DNA of 63,265 nt, the filler included, from Hyphochytrium catenoides (lineage: Eukaryota > Protista > Hyphochytriomycota), in assembly GCA_900088475.1 (NCBI GenBank). It is 11 parts of 11 records of this genome, joined end to end, with 100 filler letters (N's around TTAATTAATTAA, not from the genome) between each part and the next. Parts side by side here need not be neighbours in the genome. Positions count along the whole stretch, not along the records: positions 1 to 26,584 come from FLMG01003774.1; positions 26,685 to 31,867 come from FLMG01001286.1; positions 31,968 to 33,603 come from FLMG01000482.1; positions 33,704 to 42,003 come from FLMG01001306.1; 7 more parts are not named here. One strand, 5' to 3'. The notes beneath the pieces were generated by a model. That model was not told the DNA's origin and made no database searches. It was given only the letters and a program-made list of their open reading frames with translations. Of the stretch, positions 24,501-36,265 are shown one piece after another; the first letter of the stretch is position 1, and each line of letters opens with the position of its first letter. Made by a program: the position numbers and the translations under genes.

Positions 24501-26584
24501 CTGTAAAGAGAGAGAGAGAGCCGTAAATAGAGAGAATTGTGCAACAAGAGAGAGAGGGAAAAGGAGAGGAAAGAAAGAGACAGATGTCGCGCCGCGCAGG
24601 ATCAGAAAGAGAAGGAGGTGTCCTGCAGGCTGAGAGGGATCTTTTATCCTTTGGATAGATGCAGAAACGAAGCCTCCTCCGTCTGTAGGAGTGGACCTTC
24701 GCACAGCTATCCGAGGAATCTTACTGCTCACTGTTTGGGGTTGTCGGCGGTCGGTGTGGAAGGGAAGGGAAGACGGTACGCGCGGAGAGCAAACGCATCA
24801 GTTTTATTGTCAGTGCCGCTGGATAACCTAAGCGTTCTTGGCCTCTCTCCGTCTTACGTTGGGCAGTACTTCTGCAAAGAAGAGACATGCTTTATCAAGA
24901 GGCTGGCCAGGCATAATAAGACGGAAGCGGAGAGAGGAGAGTGTGAAGCGCTCCGGCGTAACCTTGGCTGATCAACCCTCAGTTAGAGGAAGACGTCGAG
25001 AGAGTAAGCGGCGCTCAATAACACATTCTGCTCCATGGAATGGTTTCTTATTGACTGAGATTTATCTGAGAGATCAGAAGAGAACCTCCTCAAGAGAGCT
25101 GCAATCTATCTTGGGAAATAGCGTTAGAGGTAGGCAAGGGCTGCATCTCATGCACCGTGTCAGTCCTCTTCCTACGCCGCTCAGGTGGTCAGTAGAGAGG
25201 TGGCAGGCATGCTAGGAGAGACAGATATATATAGGAAACACTGAGCGATGAGCCAATTTCCTTCGTCTCATCCGTTAGCTGGTTATGTGTGCGATTGACC
25301 TTGTCCTTAACATCTTCGAGGCACGTCATGAAGAAGCTGGCAGCGGCCTTTGTCGCCCTAAGAGGACTGCGGGCTGAGATCGTCGTAGAGGATGTGGCCA
25401 CGGATTTGCTCTTCAAAGGCTTGGTTCCTGCCTTTGAGCGTCCTCATATTAGCTCGGGCTAGCCCGCAGACCCTTTGACGGCGAAAAGCATGCCGTCCTC
25501 AGCTTGATCGTGCCGTAAGGACAGAACTTCAAGGACAAGACAAGCCAAACTCACAAACACCTACGACGATGAGATGAAGGAACAGCAACTCATCGCACAG
25601 ACAGCACAAGCCCAGACATCAGGATCATCATCGCATCCTTACGCTCAGACAACTTCTCTTCTTCTAAGAGGACTATTGGCACTAGGTTTGACCGAAGTAA
25701 GAGACGTTAAGCGTGTTGATCATGCCGCGTCCCGCAAAAGCTGATGCGTTTGCTCTCCAGCCCGCACCTTCTCTTCCACAGGGATGACCCCAAAGAGTGG
25801 CGCGGAAGTGTTTCCTCGATAGCACGAAGGGCAATGGACACTGTCCACTCCTACAGGCTCCCTTTCCGCATCTCTCCAGACAACGCAGAAAATCTATTGG
25901 AAGAAGAATGAAGAGAAGAAGGAAGGTTAGCACCGGTGCCAGATGATGAGAAGCTGCTCCATAAGAAGAAGCTTCTTTCCACTTCTTTTTGCCCTTCGGG
26001 GCCAGCAATTCGCCGTGAAAAGGCTTTGAGACGCCTTTGAGATCTGAGCTCTTTTAGCCTGAAGGTCCATACTTATCCCGTTTTGGATGGAGAAGACAGA
26101 AAAGATTGTCTGAGCCTTTGTGGATGCTCTCTCTTCGCTGCTTCTCCTCCTGCATTTTGCTCTGGCTTCTTCTCTCTCCCAAGTCTTTCCTTCGTGGCAG
26201 TGAAGACCGCCGATGGGTCCCTGGAAGAGTGAATGCTTCCGTGGCATCGTTCCCTTCGCCGCCGTGAGCTCGTTCAGCGTCTTCAGTCGCGGAGACCAAG
26301 GAAGTGAGGAGCCAAGAAGAAGCGGTTTAGGCATCACCAAAGAGGTCCTGGGGGTGGCCTGGTCATTCCCTGATCACAAAAACGATCTCCGTCTCTCTCT
26401 CTCTCTCTCTCTCTCTCATCTCTTGTCGCCTCTCTCAAGACACACACACTCTCTCTCTCTCGATCACTCTCTCTATCCCTCTCTTTCACACACACCTTCT
26501 CTCTCTCTCCCTATGTCTTCTCTCTCTCTCTTTGTCTTCTCTCTCTCTCTCTTTGCCTTCTCTCTCTCTCTCTCTCTCTCTCTC

Positions 26585-26684
26585 NNNNNNNNNNNNNNNN
26601 NNNNNNNNNNNNNNNNNNNNNNNNNNNNTTAATTAATTAANNNNNNNNNNNNNNNNNNNNNNNNNNNNNNNNNNNNNNNNNNNN
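26585..26684. other. Artificial contig linker (first of 10)
   Basis: N44-TTAATTAATTAA-N44, with stops in all six frames. Identical linkers start at 31868, 33604, 42004, 44124, 48330, 57097, 58512, 60618 and 62035. Confidence 0.98.
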
Positions 26685-26969
26685 TGTAGCTGGGCAGTAT
26701 CCGCACTTGAACGTGTTGTCTGTTCCACTGCTAACAGCAACATCTTTGACACTATCTTTTTCCTGATGAGACGTTGTACTACCGCCGCTTGGGCCAGTGG
26801 TGGGGGCGGCCCCAATGGTGGAAGCAGCCATTAACCCGCTAAGGTCGGAAGCTCCTTCCTCAGCAGCAGCCAATAGATTAACTGGTAGAGGTACCGGTGG
26901 CATTCTTTCGGCACTCGTTGCTAAAGGAGAGTCAGCGCGGGCTTGATGATGAGAATCTTGTTGCTCCAT
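26685..26969 (-). CDS. N-terminal fragment of a zinc-finger protein (possibly a non-LTR retroelement ORF), cut by the contig end
   Basis: MEQQDSHH... low-complexity leader, then FKCGYCPAT at the contig edge. Confidence 0.35.
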
Positions 26970-27942
26970 CACCCTAACCCTGGACCATTTAAGTGTCAGG
27001 AGGAAGGAAGTATAGTATAAACCTTCACGGCCAAACCCTAAATAAGGCAACACCGTCAGAACTCCTCTGACAATAGCTGAAAGAACAGCTTCAAGCGTTT
27101 AGACTGTCAGTGAGACCACAGGAACCCTCGATCTGAAGAAGAGGATCTGCATCTTTCTGGGTTTCGCTATGACCAGAAACAATGAAAAGAAGAGGAGGGG
27201 TGTCAGAATTCTTTCCCGCCAGTCCCCTTGTTGGTACAGGCTTTCTGATTATACAAACACCCGCACAGCACACCAGCCCAAAATGAGCATGTACAATGCG
27301 GTCACAACATGTACGCTGGCGGCCCGTTAACTCCCGGTACGCGACCTTCTCCTCTCCCCACTCCTCCCCAGTAGTGGGATAATACAGCAGGCGCTCATCA
27401 GGTACAGTTGAGTCACAACAAGTAACAAGTATGCAGGCTACATGCTGCTGGACACCACCGCTAGACACTGCCGCTGCTCGCTACTTCCCACATTTATTTA
27501 CGTACCACAGGAATCCTCACCAACCGCTACCTAAATGAGTAAAGGGCACTATAATAGTACTCCATCATCTACTACTTGATAAACACCCAGATAGCATAAG
27601 TATATAGGACAGCAGACGAGATTCGTGCTTGTCGCAAGCGTATATAAGATAACTGACAAGTGCTTCTTCCCACGCTGCTTCGAAAGTCTCTAGCACTGGC
27701 TGGAAGTCTAATAAAATGGCTCAGAGTATAGTGAGCCTCTCTATAAACAGCAGTGTGGCGGTAGATTAAGAGGAGCAAGAAGAATCTACCGCAGGGGCCG
27801 AGTACTGCCATTTTGCAAGTTTATAGAACACATTGTTTATGAGGCGATCGAATAAGCAGAGCTTGCCGTCTTGTTCAGTCAAGAATCTATAGCTCACACT
27901 CTGAAGGTAAAAGAATAACACTGGTATGGTCCGCATGCTGCA

Positions 27943-29220
27943 CTATCCCGGTGCTAGCTGTACTAGAACCTTTGTTAATCCGCAGTGTCGAATCACTGTG
28001 TCAGCAATATGGCGCCGGAACAGTTCAGAAGTTTCGCTGCTTNNNNNNNNNNNNNNNNNNNNNNNNNNNNNNNNNNNNNNCTGAGGCGTATCAGCCTCCA
28101 CGAATCGATAGCCTTGTCGATTTCCTCCCAGTCGAGTTAGTATCGCCCTTGTCAGTTTACGAATAGATTTTGCACTATCAGGCCGGGCGAACGAGTCAAA
28201 GTAGAGAGCCGTCCTCTTTCGGTCTTGAACAACCAGCAAGATCCAGTGTTGCCCTAACTTTTTGTGAGTGAAGTGTAGCGGTATAAGATGATCCATATTT
28301 GTGCTGATAGAACCAGAGCGAATTAATCTCAATCCCCGCAGTTCGTCGTTGATGGCATCTCCGGCACAAGCTTTGTAAAACACCAACTCAGGATGCTCGC
28401 GCTGTAAAGCCGCCATGTACATGTCAATGACAGAGGCCTCAACGAGGTCAGACGTTATAAGGCTCTGAATCCCCCACGAGAGGTTTGCTAGCGCCCGGAA
28501 TATCTTGTCGTCAATGACTTTTAATCGGTCTTCAGGTAGCTGAAAAGCATCATTGGGTCGACGGCGACGAACATCAGGAGCTGATGGTACTTCAGCGATA
28601 TCTTCTTGAGGACTGTCAGGATCCGAATCTTGCTCCACTGCATCTTCCTGCCTTTCGGTGTCGGTCAGCTGTGCGGTTCTTGTGTAGAGTAGCTGTTCCA
28701 AATAAGTGCGATCCATAAGTGCAGTCTCCAGCTGCCGCGCGAGGCATTCATTACTATTCCGAAGTTTTTGGAGTTCCCTGTGATCTTCATCTGCTTTCCC
28801 AGACCGTGGAGTAGTAGCTTGTTGTTGGGCACTCGCTCTCCAGTGGCCATAGCAGAGCCCTCGCTGGCTATAACCGCCTGTACATCCCGGAATCTTACAC
28901 TTCAGCTGCTGATGCCTCCGACACAGGCCTCGAGACCGTGATAGGCTGGTGCAGTCCGTAACAGAGCATTGCTTCGTAGGAGCCTGATGCCCATGAATTC
29001 GCCCATGGCGCTTGCAGTAAGTTGCTATCTGAACAATATTTGTGCAGCCTTCTTCGGTGCATCTTTGTCGGATCCTTGTTCGGGGTGCCATCAGCAGCGA
29101 CGACGGACGGCTCTTTTCTGCTTTTGGCTGGTCACTGCTCACTGCTGCTGGACTCTGCCGCTGGACAACGCCGCCAGTCACTGGCGCTAGACACTGCCGC
29201 TGTGCACTGCTGCTCGACAC
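27943..29220 (-). CDS. Zinc-finger-repeat / coiled-coil / Ulp1-like (peptidase C48) protein
   Basis: Three C-x4-C-x9/10-C-x2-H repeats (WRKY19-like), a coiled coil, then VIDMYM, LIPLH..QHWILLVV, YFDSF and TPQ. The catalytic Cys would fall in the N gap at 28043-28080. Confidence 0.8.
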   Translation of the reverse strand: MSSSSAQRQCLAPVTGGVVQRQSPAAVSSDQPKAEKSRPSSLLMAPRTRIRQRCTEEGCTNIVQIATYCKRHGRIHGHQAPTKQCSVTDCTSLSRSRGLCRRHQQLKCKIPGCTGGYSQRGLCYGHWRASAQQQATTPRSGKADEDHRELQKLRNSNECLARQLETALMDRTYLEQLLYTRTAQLTDTERQEDAVEQDSDPDSPQEDIAEVPSAPDVRRRRPNDAFQLPEDRLKVIDDKIFRALANLSWGIQSLITSDLVEASVIDMYMAALQREHPELVFYKACAGDAINDELRGLRLIRSGSISTNMDHLIPLHFTHKKLGQHWILLVVQDRKRTALYFDSFARPDSAKSIRKLTRAILTRLGGNRQGYRFVEADTPQXXXXXXXXXXXXXSSETSELFRRHIADTVIRHCGLTKVLVQLAPG

Positions 29221-30196
29221 TATCGCTGGCGCTGGACACTGACGCTGGACACTGAAGCTGGCTGCTAATTCCCACAGTTATTACCGTACAAGGACCTAGG
29301 AGATCACTGCACCACTGCATCTGACCAGGTCGTCTTTGTGATTATCTATAATTTGATTATCACAATCAGGTACAATTACTGTACGTACTTGTACGCTGCT
29401 ACAAGACCCCAGGTGCAAGTGGTGTTCATAGACAGACTTCCGGTCGATGACGTTCTCCTCCCTCCAGTAGTGGCAACCAAGCAGTTCCTCAGCCGGTATG
29501 TACAGACAGTATAATAATGAAAGGGTGTATAAAGGGGAGTGAATGGAGTAAAATGTACAATGTAGCTCTGCATCATACACTCTTTCTAGTCTTTTCCTTT
29601 TTACCAGGGTACGTTTTATCTTATTTTATAGAAAATACACCCTTTCTTGCTGCTTTCCACTCTTCTCCGCTTTCTTCTCCTTTCCCTTTCCTTCTCTTCC
29701 TTCTTCTTCTTCTTCTTCTCATCCTGCGACCTCCTTGGCTCCTGTTCCTCCTCCTGCTGATGATGTTCAAGGAGAAAATCAAGAATTTTTCCTCTCCCGC
29801 ATTACTGGTGAAGAAAATGATCTCCCCGCGTCCTCCTCAGTGTCCCCGCAGCTCTCGCTTCCTGCCCAACATCCTCCTCCTCCCTAGCCGCCGCCCCTGG
29901 TGGCTGGGTGATGACGGAGATGCTTTCTTCCTCTTTTTCTCTTCTCTGGCCTACTAGTAGTTTTCGCTCTTGTTCTTCTTGTTCATTGTACATTTTTCAT
30001 ATCTTCTTTTCTAAACAGTAGTCTACTAGCCACTCCTTATTCATTGCTCGTTAATAAAAGGCCAGATCAAAGATAAAGAATTTAGTCAAAGTTTAATCTG
30101 GATTTTTTTAATAAAAAGAAGTTTTATATACTACGACTAATGTCTACTAAGAAGAAGTACGAGTAAAAGATGAAGAAAGAAGAAGGAGAAGGAGAA

Positions 30197-30228
<32 letters not shown>

Positions 30229-30429
30229 AAAGAAACAAGGAAGCCTATGACGCCTTGGTCTTTTCCTCCTCAACCTGATCACCTCCACCCTCATCGTCAG
30301 TGAAGGAAGAATCATAATTGATCTCTTCGGTAGGAACAAGGGGAGAAAGAGGAGGAGGAGGAGGTGAATCATCAACCACAACGTCATCATCAGCAACTTC
30401 AAACGCCGCGAGGCAAGCAAGAGAAGGGT

Positions 30430-30805
30430 CCACGTATTCAGGCGGACAACGCTTCAAAATCTGAAGCGCATTTCCTCATGAATTGCCATAGAGACCCTCG
30501 TGTGAATGCGTAAAACTATGGCCAAACGGGACCATTGACCAAGACGACGAGAAGCATCAAGAGCAGAGCGGTCACATTGAAGGTTCACCAGATTGCTTAC
30601 ACAATCAACGACGCCCGGCATAACACCTCCAAAGGACTCCTAAAGAAATGGGACAAATTGCAGCCCTACAGCTCGGCAAGGGTGCCTCATACTTCTTCAG
30701 CTTCGCCTTTCCAGACAAACGACCTTGATAGCCGGCGTGGACTGCTGCATAAGGAAGGGTTCTAAGTTGCCGCGACTCCGTAACAGACACATCAAGCGTA
30801 TGCTG
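30430..30805 (-). pseudogene. CRE-like non-LTR retrotransposon restriction-like endonuclease fragment
   Basis: LDVSVT...AAVHAG...KLKKYE, frameshift, then CRAVGLQFVPFL*ESFGG...RVSMAIHE..NALQILKR. Confidence 0.7.
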
Positions 30806-31609
30806 ATATGAGGCGAAGAAGGATTAAAGGAGACTCAAATGCAAGGACTAAAGAACGAAGCTACCAAGAGAGAAGGGAAAAGGCCCTAAGGAAAATAACC
30901 AGAGCTGGCAAAGAGGATAACCTTTTTTTTGCCGCATCATCATCATCATTAAAAGAAGACAAGGATAAAGAAGAACCGATGACTCAAATGACGACGAGGG
31001 GAGAAGGAGGAGGACGAAGAGGAGAAGAATAAAGCGCATTGTTATCAAAAGAAGGAGGAGCAACTAAGCGACGAAGGGAAAAGGGAAAAGAGGAAAAAAT
31101 TAAACCAGAGCGGGCAAAGAGGAAAACCGTTTACCGCATCATCATCATCACTAGCATCATCATTATCACTAACATCATCAGAAGAAGAAGAGAAGGGTTA
31201 AGATTAAGCGAAGTCCATAGACTCAATGATGACGAGGGGAGAAGGAGGAGGAGGAAGTGAACCAGAAAAAAACGCATCGCCATTGACAGAAGAAGGAAAA
31301 AAGGAAGGAGGGAGAGAAGAAGGAAACGGTGGAACAGAAGGAGAAGAAGGAACGGCGAGATCGACAGCATTACCAAATTAAGAAAAATAAGTAGTATTAT
31401 CAGGAGAAGGAGAAAACGAATGGCTTAGAAGCGGCAACCAGGTCCGGAGGGACTCGCTTGAGGAACCCAGGGTGGACGATTAATACACGATGATGACGCC
31501 CCACCCAGACTCCTGATCCTTAAGTAGACGCTGGACAAGGACCAAGAGGAGCAAGAAGAATCTACAGCAGAGGCCTAGTACTGCGATTGTGCATGTTTAT
31601 ACGACAAAA

Positions 31610-31867
31610 CGTTTATGAGGCGATCGAATAAGCAGAGCTTACCGTCTTCTTCAGTCAAGAATCTATAGCTCACACTCTGAAGGTCAAAATAATCATCACT
31701 TGTATGGCCCGCATGCTGCACTATCCCGGCGCTAGCTGCACTAGAACCTTTGTTAATCGCAATGTCAAATCACTGTGCCAGCAATATGGCGCCGGAACAG
31801 TTTAGAAGTTTCGCTGCTTGAGTCCAACTTGTACCTCAGGTCGCTGCTGTCACCGCACTCAGCTCTG
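31610..31867 (-). pseudogene. Second copy of the Ulp1 gene 3' end
   Basis: Direct repeat of 27833-28042 with a premature stop. Confidence 0.85.
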
Positions 31868-32069
31868 NNNNNNNNNNNNNNNNNNNNNNNNNNNNNNNNN
31901 NNNNNNNNNNNTTAATTAATTAANNNNNNNNNNNNNNNNNNNNNNNNNNNNNNNNNNNNNNNNNNNNATCTATGCAATTGACAGCTCCATGAAGGGAAAG
32001 TTTCATTCGCATTTCTCGCGAAACCAGTCTTAGAATGAGGATGACAGGTAGTTGGCTTCCACGTAATAC

Positions 32070-32800
32070 TAGTATGAGGCTTGGCATCGTCTAGGCGGGT
32101 ACATGCCGCTTAGTATTAGGGTCCATAACTTAACCAAAATAGCAACTAAGTGTGGTCTTAAGAGTGGCACCTGGGCCGACACTAAGGCAAGTTGCGCTAA
32201 CAAAAAGCGAGGGCAGATCAGGAATAATAACGCTGGTACTTACCTATACGTTGGACCAAATGCCGGAGCTAAGAATAGACCTGCACCTACAATGCTGATT
32301 ACCTAGGCAGCTACCTATCCTGGGACCGGGACTGACACCAAGGAGGTCAATTAAGCTACATACGCGGCTGGCTGTGTTCTGAGCTGCTGGACAACACCTT
32401 GGCGTGGTCTCAGCGGGCAACTACTGCTGGCACCACGCCATGCAATCAAGTGGGTTCCTAGGCTAGGCTAATACCTACTTAGCAAGGTATCGATTGAGAC
32501 GTACGCTGCAAGTTTGGCTAACACTTACTAAGGCTGGCAGCAAAACTGGCATCAAAAACAACTCCAAGGCGTACATAGCTTGACACCTACGATGGCCATT
32601 TCCGGCCTACAGCTGTCATTTTGAGGCCGACAACTCTACGCTGTGGCACTCTATGGCTGGCACCTACGCTCGCACGTCGTAGCCTGGTATCAGGTTGGTT
32701 CCTAGGCTGCACCACCTCCACTGGCCACCATGACTGGCGCTAAGGAGGAGGCCTATGGCATCTAGACCAACACGTAAGAGTTTGCACCTAATCTGGAAGA
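32070..32800 (+). pseudogene. Heavily deleted copia pol relic
   Basis: WHRLG, IRNNNAGTY, IKWV, QGID/ETYA and ALYG appear in the expected copia order. Confidence 0.5.
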
Positions 32801-33340
32801 GTAGGCTAGTAGTATCGAAGAAAGTGAAAAGAAAGGTAATGCGAGAGTAGCTATATCATAAGGACGCAAGAGTAGACGAAGTAATAAACGAGATAAAAAC
32901 GTAGTCATCCTTTATAATCAGTCACACTTTCGTTTCATAAGATACTATCTGCCCCTTCCCTCATCTCTCTCTACTATTTGCTCATCTGTCTCCCGTCTAT
33001 CTCCTTCCATATGTCTATCCCCTTCGCACTGCTTCTGTCTCTTCTAAGCTCCCGTGCCCTCTCTCTCTCTCTGGCGCTGCCGCGCCCTCCTTGTGGTAAT
33101 CCATCTTCTCCATTTCTACTTTCCCTCACTACTATCCCTCGGAATGCAATAACAAAGGAAGTAGTAGGCGAGGAGAAAGAGGAAGTTGACGCATGGAGCA
33201 TGCTCCCTTCCTACTACTATGAGCAGGACGTTTGCAGTGTAAACGCCGGGCCGATGTCGATTTCAGATGGGCAGAAAGACGTTCAATGTCGATTTTCGTT
33301 TCCTGTGCAAACGCTGTGAGTTGTACAGTAAGTTGTTCCT

Positions 33341-33603
33341 GGCACTAAATGACAGCCTTATCATATCCCATACGTAATATCAGACATCACAACTTTTGGT
33401 GCCAGGTACTAAATGACAGCCTTATCGTATCCCATACATAATATCAGACGTCACACCTTTTGGTGCCAGGTACTAAATGACTGCCTTATCGTATCCCATA
33501 CATAATATCAGACATCACAACTTTTGGTGCCAGGTACTAAATGACAGCCTATCGTATCCCATACATAATATCAGACATCACAACTTTTGGTGCCAGGTAC
33601 TAA
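33341..33603. repeat. 64-bp tandem repeat, more than 4 copies, runs off the contig
   Basis: Units start at 33341, 33405, 33469, 33533 and 33596. They are near-identical, with no spacers. Confidence 0.95.
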
Positions 33604-33703
33604 NNNNNNNNNNNNNNNNNNNNNNNNNNNNNNNNNNNNNNNNNNNNTTAATTAATTAANNNNNNNNNNNNNNNNNNNNNNNNNNNNNNNNNNNNNNNNN
33701 NNN

Positions 33704-36265
33704 AAGAGTAGGAGAGACAGTGGGAGAGAGAGTGGGAGCAAGAGTAGGAGAGACAGTAGGAGAGAGAGTGGGAGCAAGAGTAGGAGAGACAGTAGGAGAG
33801 AGAGTGGGAGCAGGAGTAGGAGAGGGAGTTGGAGAGAGAGTTGGGGCAGAAGTAGGAGAGAGAGTGGGCACTGGAGTAGGAGAGAGAGTTGGAGAGAGAG
33901 TTGGTGCTGCAGTGGGGGACATAGTGGGAGCTTGAGTAGGAGAGGAAGTGGGAGAGAGAGAGGTAGTGGCCTCTGCAGTGGGGAGAGACGAAGGAGAGAG
34001 AGAAGTCACTGGTTCACTGCTCACAAGCGCACCCGTGGGAGCCATCACTGGCTGAGTGGTCACAGGCTGGCTGCTGGCTGGCGGAGAAGTCACTGGAGAG
34101 TCTTCACTTGTGGGCTGAGCGGTCAATGTCTCGCTGGTGCTTGGCTCCTCAGAGGCTGCTGGCGCCTCAGTCACTGCTTCTGCTGTCTGAGGATCGCTCT
34201 CAACTGGCGCTGAGGTCTCAGGCTGGCTGGTGCCTGGCTCCTCAGAGGCTGCTGCTGGCGCCTCAGTCGCTGGTTCTGCTGTCTGAGGATCAGTGTCTTC
34301 TGGCGCAGAGGTCTCAGGCTGGCTGGTGGTTGGCTGAGAGGTCACCGCAGAGCCTTCCTCAAGTGGCTGAGGTGTTGGAGCGTGGCTGGTGACTGGCTCA
34401 TGCGCCTGATGAGGAGCTTGGCTGGTGTTTGGCTCCTCACTGGCTGCTGCTGCGGCTTCAGTCACCGCTTCTGCTGTGTGAGGCTCGTTCTCTGGCGCTG
34501 GATCGGAGGTCTCAGGCTGGCTGGTGACTGGCACATCCGCCTGATGAGGAGCTTGGCTCGTGATGGGCTCCTCGTTGGCTGCTGCTGCGGCTTCAGTCAC
34601 CGCTTCCGCTGTCTGAGGATCGCTCTCCACTGGCTCTGAGGTCTTGGGCTGGCTGGTGGTTGGCTGAGAGGTCACCGCAGAGCCTTCCGCTAGTGGCTGG
34701 GAGGTCGGTGTCTGACTGGTGATTGGCTCCGCAGTGGTTGCTGATGCCTCAGTCTCTGCTTCTGCTGTATGCGGCTCGCTCTCAGCTGGCGCTGAGGTCT
34801 CAGGCTGGCTGGTGGTTGGCTCGTCACTGGCTGCTGGTGCCGCAGTCACTGCTTCTGCTGTCTGAGCCTCGCTCTCTGGCGCTGGATCGGCGGCCACAGG
34901 CTCGCTGGTGATCGGTGGAGAAGTCACTGGAGAGCCTTGCTCTATTGGCTGAGATGATGGCGCTTGACTGGTGATCGGCTCCTCAGACGATGCTGCTGGG
35001 GTCTCAGTCACTGCTTCTGCTGTCTGAGGATCAGTGTCCGCGGGCTCGGAGGTCTCAGGCTGGTTAGTGTCTGGCTGAGTAGTCACTGAAGAGTCTTCCT
35101 CTAGTGGCTGAGCTGATGGCTCCTGGCTGGTAACTGGCTCATCCGCCTGATGAGGAGCTTGGCTGGTGCTTGGCTCCTCAGTGGCCGCTGCTGGGGCCTC
35201 AGTCACTGCTTCTGCTGTCGGAGGATCGCTAAGAACTGGCCCAGAGGTCTCGGGCTGGTTAGTGATGGGCTGAGAAGTCACCGGAGAGTCTTCCTCTAGT
35301 GGCTGAGCTGATGGCTCCTGGCTGGTAACTGGCTCATCCACCTGATGAGGAGCTTGGCTGGTGCTTGGCTCCTCAGTGGCTGCTGCTGAGGCCTCAGTCA
35401 CTGCTTCTGCTGTCTGAGGATCGCCGGCAACTGGCTCCGAGGTCTCAGGCTGGTTAGTGTCTGGCTGAGAAGTCACTGAAGAGTCTCCGTCTGTTGGCTG
35501 AGCTGATGGCTCCTGGCTGGTAACTGACTCATCCGCCTGATGAGGAGCTTGGCTGGTGCTTGTCTCCTCAGTGGTTGCTGCTGAGGCCTCAGTCACTGCT
35601 TCTGTTGTCTGAGGATCGCTGGCAACTGGCTCCGAGGTCATAGACTGGCTGTTGGTGGGCTCCTTATCTTCTGGCGCATCAGTTCCTAGAGCGCTAGGAG
35701 CTTCTGGGCTTGGCTGATAGATCTGCGGCTGATCAGTGATGGACTCAGAGGGTCGATTGTCACCGGTGATTGGCTGGGAGTTTGCGGATGGGGCATTGAT
35801 TGGCTCGGAGGACGGCTGAAGATGGCCAATCGTTGGCTCTAGTGTTGAAGCTTGGCTTGTTATTGGCTGAGAGGTTATCGAGAAGCTTGGGATTGGCTGA
35901 GAAGTAGGAGTCTGGCTTGTGATTGGAGGAGGGAGCGCATTGAAGCACTGACAGACTTGGCCGCCTCCAAATCTTTGGTCTTTCCTACATTGCCCGTCTT
36001 TATAGCCGTAGGAGATAGTGCAGACAAGAGTGCAGCAAGTGACCTCTCTTTCTCTCTCTCTCTCTCCTTCTTGGTCTTTCTCCTCCGTAGCAGAAGAGGC
36101 ACAAGTGCAGCCATCGAGGTGATGCTGCAGGGCCTCTTCCCCTAAGATAAGGTCTTCTTCTCCATAGTGAGAGGAAGAATGAGCGTGCCCAACTGCTGAT
36201 AGAAGAGAGAGAGAGAGCAGAGATACCAGCCAAAGAAGAGAGAGCAAGGAAGGTAGAGTCCGCAT
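33704..36265 (-). CDS. Secreted/surface mucin-like protein with a Cys-rich N-terminal domain; C-terminus missing
   Basis: Signal peptide, CTC...CCTLVC...GQC...CQC domain, 65-aa P/T/S/E repeats, then SPTLAPTL repeats; more than 850 codons open. Confidence 0.85.

Noticed and set aside
26965-27045. Telomere-like ACCCTAACCCT / AAACCCTAAA
   Set aside because: These are isolated single motifs, not an array.
33341-33603. CRISPR-like array
   Set aside because: The units are head-to-tail with no unique spacers, there are no cas genes, and the context is eukaryotic.
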